A stretch of DNA of 22,684 bases from Prevotella sp. (GTDB taxonomy: Bacteria > Bacteroidota > Bacteroidia > Bacteroidales > Dysgonomonadaceae): positions 1-22,684 of the forward strand of contig JAITVV010000041.1 in assembly GCA_031285625.1 (NCBI GenBank), read 5' to 3'. A model generated the notes under the pieces. The model did not search any database, was not told where the DNA came from, and saw only the letters and a program-made list of their open reading frames with translations. This document shows positions 1 through 7,952 of the stretch, in pieces. How positions within the stretch are numbered: position 1 is the first letter of the stretch; each line of letters opens with the position of its first letter. A program made the translations under genes and the position numbers.

Positions 1-206
1 CATTTGCTCCTCGCGGATTTAATAATATGTTTGGATGGCACGGAGAATATACTTTAGACCATTTCTTCGGACGATGCGGAGCTGCCACTGGGAATAATTA
101 TACAAATAATACACCCGGCATTAATACTGGTTGTGCAGCTGCTAATAAAAGGCCTCATAGTTTCAATAATGGGGAAGGACGCTATCTGCAATGGTTTGTA
201 AAATAA
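1..206 (+). CDS. 3' end of an unknown, probably extracellular protein (partial)
   Basis: Frame 3 is open from the window edge to TAA at 204-206 and reads FAPRGFNNMFGWHGEYTLDHFFGRCG...YLQWFVK*. It has no start inside the window, so it is absent from the ORF track. Confidence 0.6.
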   Translation, partial: FAPRGFNNMFGWHGEYTLDHFFGRCGAATGNNYTNNTPGINTGCAAANKRPHSFNNGEGRYLQWFVK

Positions 207-280
207 ATATAATACAGAACGGAATAAAATTTATTCCGTTCTGTTTAGTCTCAAAAATGACTTTAATTCTAAATAATTCA

Positions 281-412
281 ATGAAATACCTTTTAGTAGG
301 GCTCATATATTTACTTATATCTATCAATGCTTCGGCACGAGAAGGAAAGCCTTTTACTTATAGAAGGAAGATTAGGCAGATTCGACACTCCGACATTAAG
401 CAAACTAAATGA
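281..412 (+). CDS. Short ORF or gene remnant with a signal-peptide-like N-terminus
   Basis: From ATG 281 it reads MKYLLVGLIYLLISINASA, a hydrophobic stretch with an AxA cleavage motif, but is only 43 aa long. Confidence 0.25.
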   Translation: MKYLLVGLIYLLISINASAREGKPFTYRRKIRQIRHSDIKQTK

Positions 413-441
413 AATCATAGATATACCATAAGGAACTTATC

Positions 442-819
442 TCATTCAACATGCTGTATTTCATGTTCTTTCAATTCCAATACTTCTTTTAGTTGTTTCC
501 ATCCCCCACCATTATAAATATTAGTAAACCCTTCTTCCTCAAGTTTAGTTTTAGCTTTGGCACTACGTCCTCCGCTACGGCATATTACAATAATATTTTC
601 ATATTGCTTTAGTACCCCAATAGAATCACTTAAAGACTGTAAAGGCATATTGATAGACGATTGAAGATGTCCTTCTTCAAATTCCTTAACTGTACGGACA
701 TCCACAATAGCTGTAGTTTCTTTTGCCACCAGCTGTCTTAAGGTATCAGCATCAGCTACCTGTCCTTTACATGACAATGTTATTAACAAAAGTGAGAAGA
801 GATAAATAAATTTCATCAT
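442..819 (-). CDS. Rhodanese-like domain lipoprotein (PspE-like sulfurtransferase)
   Basis: Lipobox LSC, DVRT..EF..GH motif and active-site loop CRSGGRS. Confidence 0.9.
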   Translation of the reverse strand: MMKFIYLFSLLLITLSCKGQVADADTLRQLVAKETTAIVDVRTVKEFEEGHLQSSINMPLQSLSDSIGVLKQYENIIVICRSGGRSAKAKTKLEEEGFTNIYNGGGWKQLKEVLELKEHEIQHVE

Positions 820-834
820 AGTTTGTTTGATTTA

Positions 835-1563
835 TTATTTACATTCACCATCAATAGAACACGACTGCCCCGATGAGATATTCAACCCTGAAGATGTATT
901 GCTTCTCTCCCACTCTTCGTATGCCTGATTCAGTGTTTGAGAAAAGATATGCAACGGTTCAGCTCCGGATATGCCATACCTCCTGTTGAAAACAAAGAAA
1001 GGTACACTCTTTAATCCTATATTGTGAGCCTCCTGAATATCTTTTTTTACTTTATAAGCATAAAATTCATCGCTCAAAGCAGCCTTTATATCTTTCTCAA
1101 CTAAGCCTATCTCCTGCCCTATTTGTACTAAAGTATTATCATCACCTAAATCTAATCCTTCATTAAAACAGGCTTTAAAGAAACGGTTTTCGGCTCTGTC
1201 TGACAAACCTTTTGCTTTAGCTAACTGTAGTATACGGTGTGCTTTAAATGTGTTTGCGACAATCGTTTTATCAAAATTGAAGTCAGCTCCATACTGTTTT
1301 CCCATTTCTTCAATTCGCTTATACATACCCAGTACCTCATTATAGCTCATCCCCTTACGTTCTGACAAGTACTCGAGTGTTGTCACTTTTCCATCCATAT
1401 TTTCAGGAATATCCGGATCAAGCTGATAGCTCAGCCATTCTGTTTCTACTTTATCTTTATGTGGAAATTCATCTAATGCTTTTTCATATAAGTGCTTGCC
1501 TATCCAACAAAACGGGCACATAACATCACTCCAGATTTCCACTTTCATTTTATTTTCTAACAT
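835..1563 (-). CDS. DsbA family oxidoreductase, FrnE-like
   Basis: VEIWSDVMCPFCWIG (CxxC), cis-Pro VPFF and C-terminal CSIDGEC. The true start is likely 1563 or 1548, not 1605. Confidence 0.9.
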   Translation of the reverse strand: MLENKMKVEIWSDVMCPFCWIGKHLYEKALDEFPHKDKVETEWLSYQLDPDIPENMDGKVTTLEYLSERKGMSYNEVLGMYKRIEEMGKQYGADFNFDKTIVANTFKAHRILQLAKAKGLSDRAENRFFKACFNEGLDLGDDNTLVQIGQEIGLVEKDIKAALSDEFYAYKVKKDIQEAHNIGLKSVPFFVFNRRYGISGAEPLHIFSQTLNQAYEEWERSNTSSGLNISSGQSCSIDGECK

Positions 1564-1585
1564 ATTATTTTTTCCTATTTTTATA

Positions 1586-1746
1586 AAAAGTGACAAAAGT
1601 AACAACTTTTCGATATTTTTTTCTGTAACCTTTTTTGATACATTATTATTTATATTCCTATTTTTGATTAATGGATCGCGTCCTTCGTCAACATTACAAA
1701 AGGTAACAAAAGTAACAGCTTTTTATTATTTTCAGGCTGTCACCTT
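1586..1746 (-). promoter_or_regulatory. Two tandem ~48-bp promoter modules upstream of the DsbA gene
   Basis: Imperfect direct repeat 1586-1632 / 1699-1746. On the minus strand each copy contains TACTTTTG (TAnnTTTG -7 box) flanked by GTNAC motifs. Confidence 0.55.
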
Positions 1747-1785
1747 ATGTCTCTTAAAACCCATTCTTATATTAGACAATTTTAA

Positions 1786-2082
1786 TTATTTAAAGTTTGT
1801 CCAACTGCCTCCATTATATACTTCATATCCCCTGTTTGCCAGGATATTAGTTGCCCGGCTGCTACGCATACCACTTGCACAAACTGTAATAATGGGAATA
1901 TCTTTTACTAATATAGATAAATCATAACTCAGATCATCTACAGGTATATTTATAGAATTCTCCACATGTCCCGCTCTGTACTCTTCCTTTGTTCTAACGT
2001 CTAGCAATATGGCTCCATTACTTAATAATGAAGTAAAATCAGTCTTTGGGCCTCGTTTAAAAATATTATCTAAAAAACTCAT
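1786..2082 (-). CDS. Rhodanese-like domain protein
   Basis: LLDVRT.EEY..GH motif and active-site loop CASGMRS. Confidence 0.9.
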   Translation of the reverse strand: MSFLDNIFKRGPKTDFTSLLSNGAILLDVRTKEEYRAGHVENSINIPVDDLSYDLSILVKDIPIITVCASGMRSSRATNILANRGYEVYNGGSWTNFK

Positions 2083-2128
2083 AACATCTCATTTTACCTT
2101 TTTGTACTCCGACCAAAACATAAAGATA

Positions 2129-4582
2129 CTAAATAAACAGATTCACATTTGCGTTTTCGGCTCTGTCCAGATAAGCAGCCACCCCCCCAATGGTAATATT
2201 ATCCAATAACTCCTCTTTTTTGATACCCATCACATCCATCGACATAGAGCATGCTATAAATTCCACACCATTATCCAAGGCTTGTTGCATAAGGCTTTCA
2301 AGACTGTCGATATTTTTATCTTTCATAATCCCGCGCATCATCTTACTACCCAGTCCTCCCATATTCATCTGGGATAATCCTAGCTTTTTACTGCTCGATG
2401 GCAGCATCATACCAAACATTTTTCCCATAAAGTCTTTCTGTACAGCGGGCTTCTTCGCTTTTTTAATTACATTCAGTCCCCAGAAAGTAAAAAATATACT
2501 TACTTTCTTACCCGAAGCTGCTGCTCCATTGGCGATAACGAAAGATGCCAATGCCCGGTCCAAATCGTCACTGAATACCACAAGTGTTTTATTATCTTTT
2601 ATGCTGCCATTCGTTACAGGACAAATCTCATCTTTAGCTTTTTTCTCCACTGTAGCTGTTATTACCCCGCCTGAATTATTCATGCTTATTACTTCAGCAC
2701 CTACCATACGGCACCACCCGTTAAGGTCCTCGCCAAAAGCCTGATCGGTAACTTTTATTTCGAGACGATCGCCCGGAATGATTAGGTCATAGTTCTTTTT
2801 CAGTTGCATTATCGGGCCCGGACATTGCAGTCCGCAGGCATCTATATTGATTGTCTTTATTGTTGTATTTTCTTTATTTTCCATTTTGCCATCATCTTTA
2901 ATAACTACATCACATGTATTTTTAGGTGAATTATCTGCTACAGCACACGAATATGTCTTATATCCTCCTGAAAGATTGTAGACATTAGTATATCCATGCT
3001 GCAAAAGTATGCGCGAACTGATATATCCCCGCAACCCGACAGCGCAGTAAACCACTATTTTCTTATCTGTTGGTATCTCATTTAACCTGCTGCGAAGTTC
3101 ATCCACAGGGATATTCAATGCTCCCTTAATATGTCCGAATTCATATTCTTCTTTTGTACGGGAGTCTATTATAATCGAATCTGCCCGATTCAGATCCGCA
3201 ATATCACGCCATTGAATAATATTTACTTTTCTCTTCAAAATATTTTCAGCCACAAATCCAGCCATATTCACAGGGTCTTTTGCTGACGAATAAGGCGGAG
3301 CATAAGCATGTTCTATTTCTTGTAAATCGTAGATAGTACCGCCATTTCTTATAACCTGAGCAAAGAGATCGATGCGCTTGTCCACACCATCAAATCCGAC
3401 AACTTGTGCTCCTAATAGCTTACCATTATCAGGAGAAAATATTACCTTAACAGAAAGAGGTAAAGCATCCGGATAATATCCGGCATGTGAACTGCCATGC
3501 GTGAACGATGATACATGTTCTATCCTTTCCCTGTTCAGTAATTTGGATGAAGCTCCTGCAGCAGCAACGGTCAGATCAAAAACCTTTGCTATCGAGGTAC
3601 CTATGGTTCCTCTATACTTGTATTTATTACCATCTATAATATTATCGGCAACAATACGGGCTTGTTTGTTTGCAGGACCAGCCAAGGGTATTAATGAATG
3701 TTTATTAATAACAGGATTGAACACTTCTACTGCATCACCCAAAGCATATACATCATTATCGGATGTTTGCATATAATCATCAACTTTAATTCCTCCCAGA
3801 GATCCCAGTTCCAAACCGGCTTCTTTTGCCAGTTTGACCTCAGGACGCACACCAATACTGAATATCACCATATCTGTAGTAATCTCCTTACCACTCTCCA
3901 AGACTACTTTTATCTGATCACTAACTGGTTCGAACCTAGTAACCCCTTCTTCGAGAAGCAATGAAATATTTTTTTGAATTAGATGCTGATGTACGATGGT
4001 AGCCATCGAAAAATCGATGGGAGCCATTACCTGATTATTTTTTTCTACAACAGACACTTCCAAACCTGCGTCGTGCAGATTCTCTACCATCTCTAAACCT
4101 ATAAAACCACCACCTACTACAACAGCTTTTTTAGGTTTATATTGATCTATATATGCTTTTATTTTATCCATATCGGGCACATTACGCAAAGAAAAAATAC
4201 GTTTGTCTCCTATTCCCGGCATAGGTGGCTTAATCGGTTCTGCACCTGTTGATACCACCAATTTGTCATAACTTTCTGTATAATCTTTATTGGCAGCAAT
4301 ATCATGAATTGTTACCATTTTGTTTTGTATATCAATATGAGTTACCTCAGATCTCACCCGGATATCTATATTGAAGCGATTGATAAATCCTTCTACTGTT
4401 TGCACAAACAGCCTGTCACGTTCACTGATAGTGCCGCCGATATAATATGGAAGGCCACAGTTTGCATACGAAACATATTCACCTCTCTCAAATAATACTA
4501 TTTGCGCATTTTCATCCATACGTCTCAGCCGTGCAGCTGTTGTAGCCCCTCCGGCCACACCTCCTACTATTAGTACTTTCAT
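2129..4582 (-). CDS. CoA-disulfide/persulfide reductase-family flavoprotein fused to rhodanese, TusA/SirA and DsrE/DrsH domains
   Basis: GGVAGG FAD site, SYANC redox Cys, GGGFIG NAD site, YAPPYS, rhodanese CAVGLR, TusA CPGP, DsrE-like FFTFWG...ACSMS. Confidence 0.93.
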   Translation of the reverse strand: MKVLIVGGVAGGATTAARLRRMDENAQIVLFERGEYVSYANCGLPYYIGGTISERDRLFVQTVEGFINRFNIDIRVRSEVTHIDIQNKMVTIHDIAANKDYTESYDKLVVSTGAEPIKPPMPGIGDKRIFSLRNVPDMDKIKAYIDQYKPKKAVVVGGGFIGLEMVENLHDAGLEVSVVEKNNQVMAPIDFSMATIVHQHLIQKNISLLLEEGVTRFEPVSDQIKVVLESGKEITTDMVIFSIGVRPEVKLAKEAGLELGSLGGIKVDDYMQTSDNDVYALGDAVEVFNPVINKHSLIPLAGPANKQARIVADNIIDGNKYKYRGTIGTSIAKVFDLTVAAAGASSKLLNRERIEHVSSFTHGSSHAGYYPDALPLSVKVIFSPDNGKLLGAQVVGFDGVDKRIDLFAQVIRNGGTIYDLQEIEHAYAPPYSSAKDPVNMAGFVAENILKRKVNIIQWRDIADLNRADSIIIDSRTKEEYEFGHIKGALNIPVDELRSRLNEIPTDKKIVVYCAVGLRGYISSRILLQHGYTNVYNLSGGYKTYSCAVADNSPKNTCDVVIKDDGKMENKENTTIKTINIDACGLQCPGPIMQLKKNYDLIIPGDRLEIKVTDQAFGEDLNGWCRMVGAEVISMNNSGGVITATVEKKAKDEICPVTNGSIKDNKTLVVFSDDLDRALASFVIANGAAASGKKVSIFFTFWGLNVIKKAKKPAVQKDFMGKMFGMMLPSSSKKLGLSQMNMGGLGSKMMRGIMKDKNIDSLESLMQQALDNGVEFIACSMSMDVMGIKKEELLDNITIGGVAAYLDRAENANVNLFI

Positions 4583-4597
4583 AATTTTGTATTATAA

Positions 4598-4618
4598 ATA
4601 TTTGTTATTAGCAAATTG
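4598..4618. promoter_or_regulatory. Putative MarR operator upstream of the reductase
   Basis: ATATTTGTTA-T-TAGCAAATTG is an imperfect palindrome matching the site at 4997-5017. Confidence 0.55.
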
Positions 4619-4631
4619 TTATTTAAATTTT

Positions 4632-4991
4632 TTATATAGTAATTTTTGTTAGTTCTTTAACTAGTTCGGATAGATTTAGTTCTTGTTTCATCATTTCCTT
4701 TATTTTCTGCGATCCGGCTTCTGTTAATGTAAAAATCATTTGACGTTTATCTACAGCACCCATTTCACGAATGATATATCCCTTTGTCTCAACTGTATTG
4801 ATAATACGTGAAACTCTGGAATTGGATAAACCGACAAAACCACACAATTCATTTGCAGATTTAGGTTTTCCATCTTTCATACAACAAAGAACCATACCTT
4901 CATTAATGGTAATTCCATTTTTTTCGGCAAATTCTTTTTCAAAATTATATAAAGATTTATATATATCTTTTAATTTACAGATCTCTTCCAT
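4632..4991 (-). CDS. MarR family transcriptional regulator
   Basis: wHTH (LSNSRVSRIINTVETKGYI) and DKR...LT..G wing. It has four Cys. Confidence 0.9.
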   Translation of the reverse strand: MEEICKLKDIYKSLYNFEKEFAEKNGITINEGMVLCCMKDGKPKSANELCGFVGLSNSRVSRIINTVETKGYIIREMGAVDKRQMIFTLTEAGSQKIKEMMKQELNLSELVKELTKITI

Positions 4992-4996
4992 TACAC

Positions 4997-5017
4997 ATAT
5001 TTGCTATTAGAAAATAT
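4997..5017. promoter_or_regulatory. Putative MarR autoregulatory operator
   Basis: ATATTTGCTA-T-TAGAAAATAT is a palindrome with one mismatch, immediately upstream of the marR start. Confidence 0.55.
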
Positions 5018-5101
5018 TCACAAAGAAAACTATTTATTTTTGATTTACAAAATAAAAACACGATTTATAATTTTATAATAAGAATTTATGATATATGTAG
5101 C

Positions 5102-5129
5102 TGATTTTTAAAAATCAAATTTATCTTTG
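5102..5129 (+). promoter_or_regulatory. Promoter of the histone H1-like gene with an adjacent perfect palindrome
   Basis: TATCTTTG at 5122-5129 fits TAnnTTTG. TGATTTTTAAAAATCA at 5102-5117 is a perfect 16-bp palindrome. Confidence 0.5.
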
Positions 5130-5156
5130 TGTCTTGATTTTTTAAAAATAAAAAGA

Positions 5157-5333
5157 ATGAAAAATTTAGTAGAAAAACTGAAAGAAGACTTCGAAGCATT
5201 CGCAAAGGATGCAGCATCACAAATTGAAAGCGGAAACAAAGCAGCAGGACAACGTGCACGTAAAGTATCGTTAGACATAGAGAAAGCTTTGAAAGAATTC
5301 AGAAAAGTATCTGTTGAAGCTTCAAAAAAATAA
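5157..5333 (+). CDS. Histone H1-like (Hc1 family) nucleoid protein
   Basis: GNKAAGQRARKVSL...KEFRKVS signature. ATG 5157 follows an A-rich leader. Confidence 0.88.
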   Translation: MKNLVEKLKEDFEAFAKDAASQIESGNKAAGQRARKVSLDIEKALKEFRKVSVEASKK

Positions 5334-5358
5334 TATTACTTACTATTTGTAATATTGT

Positions 5359-5390
5359 AAAGGATTATTCTGGTTGAATAATCCTTTTTT
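5359..5390 (+). terminator. Intrinsic terminator
   Basis: AAAGGATTATTC-tggtt-GAATAATCCTTT followed by a T-tract. Confidence 0.85.
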
Positions 5391-5495
5391 ATTGAATCTC
5401 CTCGCAGATTAATACGAACTTTTAATATTAGGATTAACGATATCAATTATTTTCTCTATTTTTAATCAGCTGAGAAGCAACATCTTGATTATTTT

Positions 5496-5625
5496 ATTAA
5501 AAAAATCTTCTCAAAGCTATTGCAGGATTCAAATCCTTATCCTATCTTTGCATCGCATTTGAGAGATAATGCAACCTCAAAAAAACGGTGTGGTAGTTCA
5601 GCTGGTTAGAATACCTGCCTGTCAC
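5496..5625 (+). repeat. attL direct repeat (tRNA promoter, leader and 5' half of tRNA-Asp)
   Basis: 130 bp matching 17221-17352 except one substitution (GCAACC/GCAGCC) and A7 versus A9. Contains the -7 box TATCTTTG at 5543-5550. Confidence 0.95.
5587..5625 (+). pseudogene. Truncated 5' half of tRNA-Asp(GTC)
   Basis: GGTGTGGTAGTTCAGCTGGTTAGAATACCTGCCTGTCAC, after which identity to the tRNA stops at the end of the anticodon loop. Confidence 0.92.
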
Positions 5626-5660
5626 AAAGTAACAAGTTTAAAATATAACTCAATATATCA

Positions 5661-5696
5661 AGCAATTACAGTAAAATGTAGTTGCTTTTTTCTTTT
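5661..5696 (+). terminator. Terminator just inside attL, overlapping an IHF-consensus site
   Basis: AGCAATTACA-gtaaaa-TGTAGTTGCT followed by a T-tract. TATCAAGCAATTA at 5656-5668 fits WATCAANNNNTTR. Confidence 0.7.
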
Positions 5697-5719
5697 GGTT
5701 AAGGTATTGGTTAAAACAA
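5696..5719 (+). repeat. Putative integrase arm-type sites, left end
   Basis: Tandem 12-mers TGGTTAAGGTAT and TGGTTAAAACAA. The same motif recurs at 16993-17016 and 17050-17061. Confidence 0.7.
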
Positions 5720-5804
5720 GTGTTTTTTACCATGATTGATTAATAATTTATTGTTAATTCACTCTGTAAAATATCCTAACATAATGGATAGGAAAGTTAT
5801 GTTA

Positions 5805-6413
5805 TTATAGTTTATTATTAAAATATAGATTTATGGAATCAAATAATATAAGGACTCCTTTATCTTCATCTATAGATTTTGCATATAGATATAATTCATT
5901 AAGAGTATTTGAAAAATTAAGATTTGGATTATTAAGAAATCTGTTTCTATTATTAGTAGTATGCTCTTTTATCATATCATAGTCATATTTAAAATTACTC
6001 CAAGTTAAATATTTCTCAAACTTTTCATGTAATTCTATAATCCAATCAATAGAAGTATTTACTATTAAATCCCAAGCTAATTTATCTTGATATTTTTCTA
6101 ATAATTCAGCATCCCAACATAATACAGACATATTGAGCCAAAGCATACCCCAATCCCATTTATCAGAGAATTTATTTATTAATTCTACAGACCACTTTAT
6201 ATGCTTATTTGAAGATACTTCTTTCCAATTTAAAACAGCTTCCCATTCTTCTAATAAATCTATATCAAATGGATAATAAAGAGAGAAATTTTTAACAGGT
6301 GATTGCACTCTGTATAACGTTTTTATCTTCTCTTGCATATCTATTCTAATATTATCTTCAAAACCTATTTGAACTATAGTTTTATCTTCTTTAGTGATTA
6401 CTTCTATTATCAT
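5805..6413 (-). CDS. Hypothetical protein with ~25-aa tryptophan repeats
   Basis: Repeating W..EL(I/L)EK(F/Y).DK.(D/A)W...(S).N units. Confidence 0.7.
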   Translation of the reverse strand: MIIEVITKEDKTIVQIGFEDNIRIDMQEKIKTLYRVQSPVKNFSLYYPFDIDLLEEWEAVLNWKEVSSNKHIKWSVELINKFSDKWDWGMLWLNMSVLCWDAELLEKYQDKLAWDLIVNTSIDWIIELHEKFEKYLTWSNFKYDYDMIKEHTTNNRNRFLNNPNLNFSNTLNELYLYAKSIDEDKGVLILFDSINLYFNNKL

Positions 6414-6420
6414 ATTTTTT

Positions 6421-6729
6421 TTAAGTTATAAAACTCATATTGTATTGGATTTTCTTTGATTTACATTTAGGGCAAAATAGTTTTTTTTCTCTTTCTAATA
6501 TACCTCCACAGCTACAATGTATTTGTTTATTATTATGCCAATCTTTGATTGATTGGAATTGTCCACATAATTGACATTGTAGCCCTGTTGTCGAGGTATT
6601 TAAACCATGAGTAAACGATACTATTTCTTTCTGATAGTTGCAGTCTAAGCATTGAATAATTCCTATACCTCCTATCTTCCAAAAATACAGATAGGTATCT
6701 TTTTCTGTAGTTTCTATTTGAGATTTCAT
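6421..6729 (-). CDS. Small multi-zinc-ribbon protein
   Basis: CLDC, CQLC, CSC and CPKC Cys pairs in 102 aa. Confidence 0.75.
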   Translation of the reverse strand: MKSQIETTEKDTYLYFWKIGGIGIIQCLDCNYQKEIVSFTHGLNTSTTGLQCQLCGQFQSIKDWHNNKQIHCSCGGILEREKKLFCPKCKSKKIQYNMSFIT

Positions 6730-6745
6730 TATTTACTTCAAGTAA

Positions 6746-7231
6746 TCATTTTATACGTACATAAGTGACAGAGTCGTTACTGATATTTGGAGTTGGTTGT
6801 ATCAATATCATTTTATTATTTTCTATAAAACCTTCATAGGTGTTTGAAGGAGTTTCATTTGTTGTAATTGATAGAGAAGAATAATTATTTTGATAATAAC
6901 TATATACTTTTTGTGTTGTATTTGTTATAACGAAAGAAACATTATCATTATAGCTATCTTTGGATTCCTCGATCTTTTCAAATAAAACATCTATATTATT
7001 CTGAAAAGTATATTTTATAGTTGTTCTACTCATATGATATTTTGTAATCCATACTTCTCGCCCATTTTCCCATTTATCAAAAACAGGATATGAAAAGGCA
7101 GAGCCAAATTGTGTTTGCCATGATGTACCAATTATATCGTATTTTATATCTTGGGTTTCTTCTTCATTTTTATCACATGAAGTAACAGAGATAAGATACA
7201 TTACTATTAAAATAATTTTTAGTGTTTTCAT
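6746..7231 (-). CDS. Hypothetical lipoprotein
   Basis: MKTLK-hydrophobic-TSC lipobox followed by acidic DKNEEE and a beta-rich body (IIGTSW). Confidence 0.75.
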   Translation of the reverse strand: MKTLKIILIVMYLISVTSCDKNEEETQDIKYDIIGTSWQTQFGSAFSYPVFDKWENGREVWITKYHMSRTTIKYTFQNNIDVLFEKIEESKDSYNDNVSFVITNTTQKVYSYYQNNYSSLSITTNETPSNTYEGFIENNKMILIQPTPNISNDSVTYVRIK

Positions 7232-7233
7232 TT

Positions 7234-7887
7234 TTAATTCATTATAGTGTATAAAATGTTAAATTTTCTAATTGCTGATATGTATTCTGATATATTCTGA
7301 ATAAATAGTGATTTATGAACATACAATTCATAAACTTGGAAGTCCTTACTTACCTTCTTGAAATCGTTTAAATCTAATCCTACTATAATTTTTTGAGGAT
7401 GCTCATTTAGAATAGATAGGAAATTATCACTATTAAATGGTATTATAACACTCATTGTATTAATAGCCTGAGTGTAGAATTTTCCTTCTTCAACCTTTTT
7501 TAACTCTGTTATTTGTAATTCTATAGTGTCTTTTCTTTTATCAGGACTTTTAGATTTATCAAAATTTATGACTAAAAAATCTTTTATCTTTTGAGTATCT
7601 GTATAGCAACTAAGATGTTTATATACAGTTATAATATTACCTTTAGGTAGCTCTTTGGTTTGCACCTCTCTAAAATCATCAAGATTGATAGGTATGTAAG
7701 AATTAACTAAACTCATTAAATCAAATAAGTTCTTTTCTGTTGAAGGATATACTAAGGTTATAGTTTCTGTTGATGAAAAATATGTGCTATTATTTTCTTC
7801 ATTTATAGGTGATACTTCAACAAATAAGACTTCACCTATCTCATTATCTGTTTTTCCATTAATATTCAATATTTTATATTTTTCCAT
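7234..7887 (-). CDS. Hypothetical protein with an apparent two-fold internal repeat
   Basis: 217-aa ORF. INLDDFREV...VYKHLS and LDLNDFKKV...YVHKS suggest duplicated domains. Confidence 0.7.
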   Translation of the reverse strand: MEKYKILNINGKTDNEIGEVLFVEVSPINEENNSTYFSSTETITLVYPSTEKNLFDLMSLVNSYIPINLDDFREVQTKELPKGNIITVYKHLSCYTDTQKIKDFLVINFDKSKSPDKRKDTIELQITELKKVEEGKFYTQAINTMSVIIPFNSDNFLSILNEHPQKIIVGLDLNDFKKVSKDFQVYELYVHKSLFIQNISEYISAIRKFNILYTIMN

Positions 7888-7952
7888 GAAATAAAATGTA
7901 TTAATTGCTTACTCTAAATCAGTTTTCAGCATCCCTGTTTTTATTTATATTG

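Noticed and set aside
191-280. N-terminal extension of ORF 191-412
   Set aside because: It overlaps the end of the upstream partial CDS. Only the part from ATG 281 looks protein-like.
1496-5010. Plus-strand ORFs 1496-1927, 2009-2209, 2190-2744, 3501-3776, 3698-3964, 4304-4495 and 4771-5010
   Set aside because: Antisense shadows of well-supported minus-strand genes, with no recognisable motifs.
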